DNA of 64,000 nt, taken from the NCBI GenBank assembly GCA_965235115.1, contig OZ249448.1:7316001-7380000 (forward strand), written 5' to 3'. The first letter of the stretch is position 1. Each line of letters starts with the position of its first letter. Below the pieces are notes generated by a model. The model was not told where the DNA came from. It was given only the letters and a program-made list of their open reading frames with translations, and searched no databases. Below, piece by piece: positions 1 to 14,103 of the stretch. The DNA comes from Laetmonice hystrix (taxonomy: Eukaryota). The translations under genes were made by a program, and so were the position numbers.

Positions 1-651
1 CCACTATTCACAGCTCCCATTATAACACTGCACTTCCAGTGACTGCTTAAACTGTAAACCACCAAGTCAGCATTAAGTATTTATAGGGAATCTGTTTCAT
101 TATCCGATAAAAATAAAGCACTGACTTGAGAAGATGGCTGTGTAATAAGTGCCGAGTTCAACCGCATGCCCATGAGCCGGCTGTCAGGTTATCAAAGCTG
201 GTTACCCTTTACCATAAATTACCCTTGAATCTAGGATAATATTCTGTCCCCGTGAAGGCACACAGGTGACTGATGTGTTATGACTCAAGTCGTTGCTTCC
301 TTCCAAGGACACCGTATAATTGAGAAAGGTATCCCGATTACCTCAATATACTTCAGCTAGAAATGTTATATCGTACCTACAGATTCATGATATCGGAAAG
401 GGAAATGGTATGACTGAATGGTAACTAAGGGAACCCCTACCCCACGTCGGAGATTCCTTTTAGTGGATGACATGACGTACGAGTTAATGGTAATCGAGCT
501 ATTCAGGCCATGCGACCCTCTCGTGGCATTCCGTGAGCGGCGGCTGTTTTCACTGATGGGTTATTTATAGTCTTCGTTTCGTCGATATCCAACTTCAATT
601 GATGGTACGGTTACATTGGGTCGCTGATGACGGGAGCCGGCTGAGGGGAGG

Positions 652-1282
652 GGGAGACTCGGAGCCATGGCAGCCGGGGGGGGGGGGGGGCTCCGCGGAG
701 CCATGGAAGCCGGGGGGGGGGACTCGGAGCCATGGCAGCCGGGGGGGGGGGGCTCGGCGGAGCCATGGAAGCCGGGGGGGGGGGACTCGGAGCCATGGCA
801 GCCGGAGGGGGGGGGGGACTCGGAGCCATGGCAGCCGGAGGGGGGGGGACTCGGAGCCATGGCAGCCGGGGGGGGGGCTCGGCGGAGCCATGGAAGCCGG
901 GGGGGGGGACTCGGAGCCATGGCAGCCGGAGGGGGGGGGGACTCGGAGCCATGGCAGCCGGAGGGGGGGGGGGACTCGGAGCCATGGCAGCCGGGGGGGG
1001 GGCTCGGAGCCATGGCAGCCGGGGGGGGGACTCGGAGCCATGGCAGCCGGGGGGGGACTCGGAGCCATGACAGCCGGGGGGGGGGGGACTCGGAGCCATG
1101 ACAGCCGGGGGGGGGGACTCGGAGCCATGGCAGCCGGGGGGGGGCTCGGAGCCATGGCAGCCGGGGGGGGGGGACTCGGAGCCATGGCAGCCGGGGGGGG
1201 GGAGACTCGGAGCCATGACAGCCGGGGGGGGGGAGATAGACTCGGAACCATGACAGCCGGGGAGGGCGAGCCATGGCAGCCC
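652..1282. repeat. GC-rich minisatellite, ~27-32 bp unit GACTCGGAGCCATGGCAGCC(G)n
   Basis: About 20 tandem copies with variable G-run length. Accounts for the overlapping Gly/Pro-rich ORFs in all frames. Confidence 0.95.
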
Positions 1283-1915
1283 TTGGAGACTCCCACAAAG
1301 ACCGGAGACGTCGGCCGGGCGGGCGCGCTCGCCGTACCGGAGACGTACTCACGCCGGCCGGCCGGCCGGCCGGCCGGGCGGGCGGGTGCGCTCCCCGTCG
1401 ACAAACCGGCGGTTAGCAAAATGTGGTTAACGGTAAGTGGATGATTAATACAGCCCGGCTTTCACCGACCCCGTCTGGCCCACACACTCAGCCCTGACAA
1501 AGACACGGCCGCCAAATGTCAGAGTTATTTTCATAACGGAATCTGTGAGAGAGAACACGTCGCCTGTGGCTGGCTAGATCCCGATCCTGTTACCGTAGAA
1601 GACACCTATCACGTCGACTACCTGCCACCTCGCGGGACATCAACGGATAAAGTCATCTCCACGGTCTATCACTCCATCGTCAACGGCCACGCTGTTCGCA
1701 CAACTTTACACTTGGGCTGTCATAAAAAAATTATGCATGACTCATTTACCTGAAATCGATTTACCATGTAGTAACAACGATTTGCGATCATGAGTCAGTG
1801 AGCTTTTGGCCTGGTTTCTGGGATGTTCATGCATTAATATTATGTTCTTCAGACGACTCCCAGACACTGATTGTCCTTTATACCAACCCATACAATATGG
1901 TCTGTGGGATTACCG

Positions 1916-2386
1916 CACCAAATCCCAGCCTTCTGATTGGCTGATAACAGTTTCATGACGATCATCGGGCCTATAACAACCTGACACACTGTCACACCAA
2001 ATCCCAGCCTTCTGATTGGCTGATAACAGTTTCATGACGATCATCGGGCCTATAACAACCTGACAGACTGTCACACCAAATCCCAGCCATCTGATTGGCT
2101 GATAACAGTTTCATGACGATCATCAGGCCTGTAACAACCTGACACACTGTCACACTAAATCCCAGCCTTCTGATTGGCTGATAACAGTTTCATGACGATC
2201 ATCGGGCCTATAACAACCTGACAGACTGTCACACTAAATCCCAGCCTTCTGATTGGCTGATAACAGTTTCATGGCGATCATCGGGCCTATAACAACCTGA
2301 CACACTGTCACACCAAATTCCAGCCTTCTGATTGGCTGATAACAGTTTCATGACGAGGCCTATAACAACCTGACACACTGTCACAC
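1916..2386. repeat. 79-bp tandem repeat, ~6 copies
   Basis: CACCAAATCCCAGCCTTCTGATTGGCTGATAAC... recurs at 1916, 1995, 2074 and onward. The last copy has a short internal deletion. Confidence 0.95.
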
Positions 2387-4830
2387 ATTTTATTTTTGAC
2401 ATGTCCAAGCAAACATTATGTCCTTGTATTTTGGCATGCTACTTTGGTTCAACCCGAAACGGACTGCCCTCGATTTGAGGACAACGGCAAGGTTCCGAAA
2501 AAAATACATATATATCAATTCCTATAATTGGTAAATATCCACTGCATAATTAAATACATGGCTTCACAGTTATTTACTTCCACTGTAAAGACATATAGGC
2601 GATAGTGTCAATAACATATAGCCGATGACCATATGGATAACCTTGACGCGACCTTCATCAAAAGACAACGACTAAAGTGAGAATAATGAGCATCAGTTCA
2701 TGGTGATAGTTTAGTCAGAGCTAGCTCGCATTTAGCCTGAAGAACACACTATGATTGCCATCTCGCCATATTGACTCCCAAAATGCTAAGCTGCCAACGT
2801 ATACACTGATCCTTATTAGAGTCCACCAAGTTTGCAACAGTTTTAGCTCATGTATGTGGTGTAATTAAATCGTATTTCAGAGTGCTTGGCAATTTAATTC
2901 TACTGGCTTCACATGGTGCCTGACTTTGGTTATAAAATGTCACCTGACCTGATCTTTGTAAGTTTATGAAAATAACTTGTTGTCTATGAATGAGGTGGCG
3001 GTCAGGATCCTACAGGCTCAACATGTCATGGTCGACTTATTGCGACGTATTATTGATGTCTTTATCTGTGGTAATATTAATAACGTTTTGAGTAAGCCCT
3101 CAATAACATTAGCTGGAGTTACTACCTTCTCACCAACACACCATTTCCCTCATAATGCACATGTCAACAAGGCGCTCTTCTCAGGGAAGTTTATTTGTTA
3201 AATTTAATATTTATTAAAAGAATATTTATTAGGACGGTATAACTCTGACTACATGTATTCGTATACTGACTACAAAATGTCACAAGGATAGGAATGGACA
3301 CTTTATCCATCAACTTCATCCTATGTACGTCCGTACTGCAAGTGAAACAGTACTGCGCTAACTTAGACCCAACAACATAACACTATAAAGCTATATTTAT
3401 TATGGCCGTTCTCTCCGACATTTCCCGCTGCATTGCTCTGAGGAAAGGCAATGTTATCAGTTACGATAATATTAAAGTTATTCTCTCCATTTTTATGAGA
3501 TAAAATAATTTATGAGGACACTGTCTAGACATCATCTCAATACTTTGACCTCTCCACCTCGGGAAGAATGTCTTTATTTGCCAGAGATCAGTTTATGATG
3601 ACATATATCAGTTACACTGCCGATCGCAGACTACTGGTCAGGTTTCATCATATTTTGAATGCGACAATAACAGAGTCCAACTTGTCCGGTCTCAATTCTC
3701 CACATGTCTTACCATGCCCTTCACAGCCACCCCCCCCCCCCCCACCACCCCCCACCCCCCCCCCCCACCCCCACCCCCACCACCACCAACAGTCTCAGGG
3801 CATACCGCAAGCCGCGCCGTAAAGGATCTATAAAGATCCCAATATACGGCCTGTCATGCGACGCGTGTTGTATTTCCTCTCATTGCTTTCCAATGGCTTC
3901 GACCCTGCTTTCCCTTGTCAGCATTTCCGTGCGGCCATAGAGACTGCCGTCTGCAGACTGCAGTCACAAAAGGTTGTCATCTGACTGCAGCATAAAGTTT
4001 CACCTCGGCTCGCTATGAATCTGTGACACGTCTGTAACAGCACCAAGTGCTGACCTACACCTCCCGAGCCTACAGACAGTCAGAGAGACGGGCCTCAGCA
4101 GGTGGTACCTATACAACAGATGCTACCTCACATACAGCAGGTGGTAACAAGTCGCCCAATGCGGTCTTACATTCATTATGACACATTTTATGAGGCTTCA
4201 CTTCAGAGGACACCTACTTTGCAGATATAAAAGAAAAAACTTATATCTGGATTAGCATCGGCAGTGAACATCCTAATACGGAATACTCCCTTGAATCTAA
4301 CAATACTCCATAATTGTAGATAATAGATAGATAGAATTGGACGCGGCCTGCATCACGGCAATTACAATTACTGTGGGGAAAATGGACAATAATGAAATTA
4401 TTGGCAAAATGGATCGACTAGTGAAATCACTATACCATTACCTTGGCAATTAGCAGTGATTAAACACATGTTACGGCTTCCTTCCATCACTCTTCTTCTA
4501 TCCGATCTGAGAATCAAACATGATCTACACCAAGTATACATCCAGAAAATCCGGTTAGGATTTTCTCAACCACAATCTTCCTGACCGTAACATTTACAAA
4601 AAGGGCAGCGTCCGCAGATTTTTAGTCTCCGTAAAGACGCGAGTTCAGAATGTGTCGCCGGCACCGGATGCCCCAGGGTCGGGCCTCTGCAATCCTCCAA
4701 TCAGAGGTCGCCTTACATGTGGCCCCCACCGTCACCCGATTGGCGCTGGCCCAGACTGCCAATCTTTCTTTACCAAGTTCTCTTACCTTTTACCGATTTT
4801 TTATTTTGCTAAGCGCCGGCTCGTCCTTTT

Positions 4831-5003
4831 GTTTTCAACCCACCAATTTCTCAGAGAGTTATTTCACAAGGCACGACCCGCAAACAGTGGTTCCTGTTTT
4901 CAACCCACCAATTTCTCAGAGAGTTATTTCACAAGGCACGACCCGCAAACAGTGGTTCCTGTTTTCAACCCATCAATTTCTCAGAGAGTTATTTCACAAG
5001 GCA
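4831..5003. repeat. 65-bp tandem repeat, ~2.7 copies
   Basis: GTTTTCAACCCACCAATTTCTCAGAGAG... starts at 4831, 4896 and 4961. Confidence 0.9.
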
Positions 5004-5420
5004 AACAATGGTTTCTGTTGTTTTTAGTGGTGACGACACCGGTTCTCGCTCCTTAACTTGTTGTTGTTCACAGTTGTGTTAGCAGTTGTGGACTGCTCTC
5101 CGTCAAGTGATATGCGGATTAAGGGTCAAACAACCGGTCGAATAACCTCTTAAACAGTGACGGTCTTACAACCTCTATCTCAATCTTAGTAAGGAGACGC
5201 AATCCCGACAATCAATGTTGTGGTGAGCCGGTCGTAAATCAAGTACAATGTATAGTAGTGTCTCGCTTCTGGCTTTGCGACAACTTACGACTGCTCCCGG
5301 TGCTGGTCTTGGGATTCGCCATTTCCGACGTGCTCATTACTAGAAAATAGCAACTTTGTAAGAAACAGCTTAACCAAAGATGATGAGACATCTTTACACA
5401 CCGCGTAGTACATTTATATT

Positions 5421-6088
5421 ACCCGACTAGGTGAACAAATACCGTCCAACAAGTCCAACCTCAGCATACCCAGCCATGTGGACAAATACCGTCCAACCTC
5501 AGCATACCCGGCCATGTGGACAAATACCGTCCAACCTCAGCATACCCGGCCATGTGGACAAATACCGTCCAACCTCAGCATACCCGTCCAGGTGGACAAA
5601 TACCGTCCAACGAGTCCAACCTCAGCATACCCGTCCAGGTGGACAAATACCGTCCAACCTCAGCATACCCGTCCAGGTGGACAAATACCGTCCAACGAGT
5701 CCAACCTCAGCATACCCGACTAGGTGAACAAATACCGTCCAACAAGTCTAACTCCAGCATACCCAGCCATGTGGACAAATACCGTCCAACCTCAGCATAC
5801 CCGGCCATGTGGACAAATACCGTCCAACCTCAGCATACCCGACTAGGTGAACGAATACAGTCCAACAAGTCCAACTCCAGCATACCCAGCCATGTGGACA
5901 AATACCGTCCAACCTCAGCATACCCAGCCATGTGGACAAATACCGTCCAACCTCAGCATACCCGGCCATGTGGACAAATACCGTCCAACCTCAGCATACC
6001 CGACTAGGTGAACAAATACAGTCCAACAAGTCTAACTCCAGCATACCCGGCCATGTGGACAAATACCGTCCAACGAGTCCAACCTCAG
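5421..6088. repeat. Modular 38/47-bp minisatellite (GGACAAATACCGTCCAACCTCAGCATACCCGGCCATGT core)
   Basis: About 15 copies. The long variant carries an extra GAGTCCAAC-like 9 bp. Confidence 0.93.
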
Positions 6089-9000
6089 CGACCCATTAAT
6101 GTCCTGCAGTCTAACCGACATCCGTGTAACTGTAGAAATCATGAAACCTTGCTGTTAGATTGATACACGTTAAATTCTTCAACATGGCGTCCGTTATGAC
6201 CTTTAAGCAGATCCAGCGGTCGGTTGGCATTGTCCAGAAACATCAGCTGTCTAGTCTGGTGTCCGAGTGACCGTTCCCAGAACTGGCCCCAACTGACCGA
6301 CACTGACCAGTGCCCCTTTGGGCAACAACGCCAGTTACAAATCCTGGAGGCCAGCCGATTCAAATGGCCCTGGATTTGGCCATCAAACCCCGACAGAAAG
6401 ACGGTAGGCTGATTATACTATACAGCGGAAAGCTATACTGATCAAAAGAACCTATAGATTGGTGTCCTTGACTAAATAATGTTAGGGTCCGATATACGCC
6501 ACATTGGTACATTGTACCGCAGCTATATATATATTTATGAAGTCAATGAAGTTCGTTCACTTCGTGTCGACAGTGTCGACAGATGTTGAGGACTCAACCT
6601 TGACCGTTTGCTTGTATTTATACCCTCCGTGTCGCCTCGTCATTTCCTTTCCTCCACCTCCTGTGCCAACTGCGCATGATCTTATAGATAGGAACCAATA
6701 TGGTGGTCATAGAGAGTTCCTAGTGTAAACATTGAACCCCTTACCTGGATTCAGTAATGAATATTTGATAACGAAATGAAGTAAGTTGACTTAATGCTTC
6801 CCCTACTACAACCATCCTCATTTAGCCTTCATAAATTATTCCAGCTTGTCGCTGAACTCGTATATCATATAACTTAGTTTTCACCACAAATTAGCAACCC
6901 CCTATGGTGTCGCCAGAGAAAGCATCAAAGATAACAATAACCTCATTATGCCCCTTTAAAATTGACCTTTTTAGCATCATTTTTTTCTATTAAAGATTTC
7001 CCTGCGTACCGAGGAGTCCAGCCGGTGGCCTGCCTATCCATCCCGACCGCCCTCCGTAACACGTCCCCCGTCAGGCCACTCCCTCACCTGAGGTCCCGTG
7101 GGCGTCAGGTAACCTAACCCAGTCTTCCTGTCGCTAACAATGGTCAAGGTCCAGCAATTAGTCGTTTAACGCCTACCTACATCCTGCCAATTACCATAGT
7201 AACTACAGGTCACTGTGCGCCTTCATATTCAAACACCTGCTCTACCATCGCTTCAACAGTTACTGTAATTAACACGACTTGACCAAAGGCAATTCAGCTA
7301 TTATACACCCACATGCTGCTAAGGTTTTCTACACTCTATCTCAATAAATCTGGTATATATAGCTTGTGCACAGCAAACCTGGATTTTCAGCGTAAGCAGC
7401 GATATTCACTGACACTTCTAAAAAAGTCCCCAGGACCCGTATCACTGACTGTTCATGTTCTAAACCATCTTGAACTCCCACTCTCCACATCATCTCAGGT
7501 GGATCTATACACACTCCTCTCAAATACTGCCATAGAAACAATAGTTACTAACAAAGACATTAGTAAGGCTTTGTTCCGAGAAAACCGCCCTTTCAGATTG
7601 GTGTATGTGAGATGCCCTTCCTATGTATATGTAGGGCAAAGTCTGATAGTCTCTGACACCGTGGGTATTGTTCAAAGACACAGATCATCCATCAACAATA
7701 CTTTCCTCTTTCCCTCCTTTGAGAAATACAAATCATAGACGAGCACCCGAGGCCTCATCCTCATCATTTCAGATTATTTTTTTAACATCTCCTTTTACAA
7801 CCCATTGTCAATTTCTAGTATTATTCAATTCTGTGCGCCATCTCTCCGCCTCATCACTTGCCCTTCAATTCATCCTGTGTGCAGAGATCGATGACACTGA
7901 CAATAAATATGATATTTTTTCTATATATACTGTACCTGCTTGTAGCCGTAAAACTGGCAAAGGTAAAAGTTACGAAGTTTCGTATCCAGGTCGGAGCTCC
8001 CCATCTTGGCCGATCGCACCACAACTCCGTTGTACAAGAGGTGACTGAGGTTTAAAGGTCAAACTGGACGTGTAACTGGAGTAAGGCAGCAGCAGGAGGA
8101 GCAGCAGGAGGAGCGTCCTTCAGTAAACCTCCAGGTCGACGCCAGCACTGGGCGGGTAATAGCGGGGAAACCAATACTCAGCCACTTGCAGTGATCTAAG
8201 TAAGTTGTAGTGCAGGTTGAGGGCGCTGACCCGGTACGATCCGCTCACTGAGTTTGTATGGGTTGGGACCACGTGCACCGATGTCGAACGAACAATAGGA
8301 TGTGATCGGGGAGAGTCCATCAAGTGACCGCAGTAGGCAGTCTGTGGTGTGGGGAGAGACTGGAGGGGAGCTGGACACGGGACCAGCTACTCGCCGTCAA
8401 CCAGTCACGGGGACACGCCTTTCGCTCCACACCTGATAGACTGGTTCTGATTAAAAGCTGTTACCACAACCAACCCCTTCCCGCCTGCCCATTGTGCTGG
8501 TCCGCCCGCCTCCAATACCAGCAGTGGTGGCGCAGGTTGCGGCACGAGCTGGCAGGCAGGCGGCAAACCCTTCTTCTCAGAGTTGAGCGACGGCGACGAC
8601 AGTGATGACGATCGCAGGACAATATTGCTAGAGTCAGCAAAGCGACATTCATGGAATCCGACTCGGCACGGCAGTGAGTGGTGATTTAACAGAAACAGCT
8701 GTGCTACCTGCACCTCGCCACCGCCCGCTACCGTAAAGTCCACGGGCTATGTTCAGTTAATGCTCACTTCGTCTCGAGACTGTTTCATGTAGCGGAGAAC
8801 CGGCAGATTTCATCAAGGCCGCCGCCGTGGGGAAGGTACGACGGGCTTCACACAGTTACTGCCTGGCGTCTGCTAACTACGGCCTGGGCCCACAGTCGCA
8901 TACAATCACTACCCAGCTACAATTGGCACAGACTTTTTCAGGAAAGTTGACTCAGCTAAAGTTAAAATGGCTCTGTAATATACATTTAATAATATATCCA

Positions 9001-9802
9001 ACCAGTCCGTATATTTAAAAAGTAAGTAGATGTCACTTGGACGTTGCGCTCGGTACAGTCACCAGACAACTTAAAACTGCTTTCATATATTTACTTTCCA
9101 TGATGTCATGGAAGGCATTCACCAACATAACCTTCGCCATTTGACATACGTGCTGATTTTAGCAATACCGGGGAGCCAATAAATCCTACGCCAAAACAGA
9201 TACTTTCCAAAAGCAATTTTACAGGCGCCTCAAACTCGAGGCAATGCAGAATGAAGCGATGCCGTGGAGGGAAAGGTTGGTTGGTTATCTGGTGTGTTGT
9301 TGGCATCCATCCACAGTTTATCTTCAGGGTGACAACATTGGATCGCCTCGATCTGTCCGCTGCTCATGACATCGTGATTGAAAACGTGAGCCAAGCACCA
9401 AAGATAACTCCCAGACTCTACACTAAGTCGTAACTTGGGGCCTTTTCTGCACAATGACTGCATCCAAAACACCTCAAACCGTTTAACGTGTCGTAGACCA
9501 CACAGGAGACCGTAGCCATTAGAGTGTTCCTCTCCGTTTCGATCCGAATTCGATCTGGCGGTCGTTGATATCGACCAACGAGCACTTCAAACTACCACGC
9601 TACCATGGCCCCCTCTAAACCTCAACAGGATAATATTAGCAGAGATAATCCTGTGTAACATTTACTCGCCTCGTCTTCACACATCATGGTGATTAACCTC
9701 ACTTTCTTTCTTCAGGCTGTGCGCCAATCAGTAATGGGAGGACAGTCACGTGACTTTCTGTTCTCGTTCCCGAGAAATGGCACTCATAATGATCCATGTA
9801 TC

Positions 9803-11279
9803 GACACTGCTGAACCACCTGTATAAATCTCAACGTATAGTTAGATGGTCTTAGACACTGCTGAACCACCTGTATAAATCTCAACATATAGTTAGATGGT
9901 CTTAGACACTGCTGAACCACCTGTATAAATCTCAACATATAGTTAGATGGTCTTAGCACACGCGGCAGGTATAGACACTGCTGAACCACCTGTATAAATC
10001 TCAACATATAGTTAGATGGTATTAGCACACGCGGCAGGTATAGACACTGCTGAACCACCTGTATAAATCTCAACATATAGTTAGATGGTCTTAGCACACG
10101 CGGCAGGTATAGACACTGCTGAACCACCTGTATAAATCTCAACATATAGTTAGATGGTCTTAGCACACGCGGCAGGTATAGACACTGCTAAACCACCTGT
10201 ATAAATCTCAACGTATAGTTAGATGGTCTTAGCACACGCGGCAGGTATAGACACTGCTGAACCACCTGTATAAATCTCCACGTATAGTTAGATGGTCTTA
10301 GCACACGCGGCAGGTATAGACACTGCTGAACCACCTGTATAAATCTCAACATATAGTTAGATGGTCTTAGCACACGCGGCAGGTATAGACACTGCTGAAC
10401 CACCTGTATAAATCTCCACGTATAGTTAGATGGTCTTAGCACACGCGGCAGGTATAGACACTGCTGAACCACCTGTATAAATCTCAACATATAGTTAGAT
10501 GGTCTTAGCACACGCGGCAGGTATAGACACTGCTGAACCACCTGTATAAATCTCAACATATAGTTAGATGGTCTTAGCACACGCGGCAGGTATAGACACT
10601 GCTGAACCACCTGTATAAATCTCAACATATAGTTAGATGGTCTTAGCACACGCGGCAGGTATAGACACTGCTAAACCACCTGTATAAATCTCAACATATA
10701 GTTAGATGGTCTTAGCACACGCGGCAGGTATAGACACTGCTGAACCACCTGTATTAATCTCAACATATAGTTAGATGGTCTTAGCACACGCGGCAGGTAT
10801 AGACACTGCTAAACCACCTGTATAAATCTCAACGTATAGTTAGATGGTCTTAGCACACGCGGCAGGTATAGACACTGCTGAACCACCTGTATAAATCTCC
10901 ACGTATAGTTAGATGGTCTTAGCACACGCGGCAGGTATAGACACTGCTGAACCACCTGTATAAATCTCCACGTATAGTTAGATGGTCTTAGCACACGCGG
11001 CAGGTATAGACACTGCTAAACCACCTGTATAAATCTCAACGTATAGTTAGATGGTCTTAGCACACGCGGCAGGTATAGACACTGCTGAACCACCTGTATA
11101 AATCTCCACGTATAGTTAGATGGTCTTAGCACACGCGGCAGGTATAGACACTGCTAAACCACCTGTATAAATCTCCACGTATAGTTAGATGGTCTTAGCA
11201 CACGCGGCAGGTATAGACACTGCTGAACCACCTGTATAAATCTCCACGTATAGTTAGATGGTCTTAGCACACGCGGCAG
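9803..11279. repeat. 69-bp minisatellite, ~22 copies (first two are 51-bp deletion variants)
   Basis: Unit AGACACTGCTGAACCACCTGTATAAATCTCAACATATAGTTAGATGGTCTTAGCACACGCGGCAGGTAT. Gives the 23-aa periodic ORFs on the minus strand. Confidence 0.97.
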
Positions 11280-12957
11280 CCGCCAATAGGTATATCATTA
11301 AACTAAATGGCGTTGTTTCCCGCTACAACAGTGGGATCAAGTTTTGACAGGTCATGCGGACACGCTCCCACGAGTTGACGTACGAACGGCTTTATACATT
11401 GTGCAGTACCATATCCTCAGCGGTAGCGGCTGATTTAATTAAATTTTAACTGCTCCTAATTGGCTCCAAATGAACAGAGCACAGACAAGCCGCAGGTTTC
11501 ACCACGTTCGTTCACAATATCTCGGAGGTAAAACATTACAAGACCGAAATAACAACGCCATTTTCTATAGCCATTTTCTATAGCCATTTTCTATAGCCAT
11601 TTTCTATAACCATTTTCACAAGAGATTGAAAATTTCAACTTGTTAGGTTTGGTTGAATTAGGTAAGACCCACTGCACACTAAGGTCTGGCCTATATCAAG
11701 TGCAGTGGCATTACTCAGGGTTACCTTACCCCACAGAAGGGAACTTTCATGTGGGCCTACCGTTGAAACAAACCGCATGTCATAATATTTGTTCTCAGTA
11801 TCCAACGCAAAGTCTCCCCTCCCGGCCCCACGACCAAAATTACCCCTGTCAACACGACCCTGTGTGTGGAGTACCCCCGGCCGCGGGCTGGCAGACCATA
11901 CAACCCAGGAAAGTACCCCTCATGTTTGCATTGCCTTTCACAACCCGGATAAATTCTGTTCTGGGGGACACTAAAAGGTCATCTATAATGCCAGCTGTAA
12001 TAGAAATCAGGCAAATTGTACCATACGTTGATATTGACTGCCTTTACCTCGGTCGTTGTCAATGCGGTAAGACAATATGCCAGTCCGGTGATCAATATTA
12101 ATTCACCTACTTTGTGGTCTGTCACACCTGTCGTCTGTCATAACTGGGTATTTATTGAGTTCGGATCTGAACTTCCCATAAACCTCCCTCTACTCCCATA
12201 CTACTCAACACTCCAACAATTCAAATAACCTACACAATGACAATGCCGACAAATAAATGTCACCGACGAATAAATGTCCAAACAGTTATATTTAACCGTT
12301 TGGAATAAACCTGCGGCCATACAATATATACATGTATATATGTATATGTATATGGGATGCTGAAACATCACATTTTGATTTCCGTTCATATGTGGTTCAC
12401 TTTATATAAATGTACCGGCAGGGTAAACTGATACCCATACCCAACCACGTCCTACCCAGGTACATAATACAAACAATTACATCGTGGATGTCTGGATACT
12501 GGGCGTGCGTTCGATCCCGTGGTAGAAATTACATATAACTTATTACTGTCAATCAAAAGTTATGGTTTACTGGCGGCAATCAAAATGTACTATAAATAAC
12601 CTCAATATTAAACTGCGGGGGATACGGCACGACACCGAAGGTGGAGTACCGTATTCATGCGCCAGGCATTACGTTCCATATTTTCCCGCCGTGAAGGAGC
12701 CGAATCCCGTTAAGTGTTTATTATAATGTGCTTGGATTATTTCTAATTTAAGGAAACCAAACATCAAGACTTCCAGCAGCGTAAGTTGGGAACTCTGGAG
12801 GTCATCCAGTTCAACCAACATTTGAAACATTTCAGAAAGGGTACGAACCTCCTCACTGTATATGATTGAGACGTTTGTTGTTTTGGTATAATTAGATGAT
12901 AAATATGATCTAGTTTATCCAAATATTTAAAAATCTGGGTACGACGGCCCTGCTTCA

Positions 12958-14103
12958 GTGCCCGTCCATTCACATCCAAGCCGGCCTGATCCCCGCCCGA
13001 CCAGTGCCAGTCCCGGTCACATCCAAGCCGGCCTGATCCCCGCCCGACCAGTGCCCGTCCGTTCACATCCAAGCCGGCCTGATCCCCGCCCGACCAGTGC
13101 CCGTCCCGGTCACATCCAAGCCGGCCTGATCCCCGCCCGACCAGTGCCCGTCCCGGTCACATCCAAGCCGACCTGATCCCCGCCCGACCAAGGCCCGGTC
13201 ACATCCAAGCCGGCCTGATCCCCGCCCGACCAAGGCCCGGTCACATCCAAGCCGGCCTGATCCCCGCCCGACCAGTGCCCGTCCCGGTCACATCCAAGCC
13301 GGCCTGATCCCCGCCCGACCAGTGCCCGTCCCGGTCACATCCAAGCCGGCCTGATCCCCGCCCGACCAGTGCCAGTCCCGGTCACATCCAAGCCGGCCTG
13401 ATCCCTGCCCGACCAGTGCCAGTCCCGGTCACATCCAAGCCGGCCTGATCCCCGCCCGACCAGTGCCCGTCCCAGTCACATCCAAGCCGGCCTGATCCCC
13501 GCCCGACCAGTGCCCGTCCCAGTCACATCCAGGCCGGCCTGATCCCCGCCCGACCAGCGCCAGTCCCGGTCACATCCAAGCCGGCCTGATCCCCGCCCGA
13601 CCAGTGCCCGTCCCGGTCACATCCAAGCCGGCCTGATCCCCGCCCGACCAAGGCCCGGTCACATCCAAGCCGGCCTGATCCCCGCCCGACCAAGGCCCGG
13701 TCACATCCAAGCCGGCCTGATCCCCGCCCGACCAGTGCCAGTCCCGGTCACATCCAAGCCGGCCTGATCCCTGCCCGACCAGTGCCCGTCCCGGTCACAT
13801 CCAAGCCGGCCTGATCCCCGCCCGACCAAGGCCCGGTCACATCCAAGCCGGCCTGATCCCTGCCCGACCAGTGCCAGTCCCGGTCACATCCAAGCCGGCC
13901 TGATCCCTGCCCGACCAGTGCCCGTCCCGGTCACATCCAAGCCGGCCTGATCCCCGCCCGACCAGTGCCCGTCCCAGTCACATCCAGGCCGGCCTGATCC
14001 CCGCCCGACCAGTGCCCGTCCCAGTCACATCCAGGCCGGCCTGATCCCCACCCGACCAGTGCCCGTCCCAGTCACATCCAAGCCGGCCTGATCCCCGCCC
14101 GAC
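12958..14103. repeat. 47-bp (and 41-bp variant) GC-rich minisatellite, ~25 copies
   Basis: Unit CACATCCAAGCCGGCCTGATCCCCGCCCGACCAGTGCCCGTCCCGGT. The short variant ends ...CCAAGGCCCGGT. Confidence 0.96.

Noticed and set aside
561-1444. Gly-rich and Pro-rich ORFs suggesting a collagen- or extensin-like protein
   Set aside because: The GC-only repeat is open in nearly all frames, and G-run lengths are not multiples of 3.
11640-12101. 153-aa ORF in unique DNA
   Set aside because: Starts at a non-ATG codon, has no recognisable motif and has no supporting splice structure.
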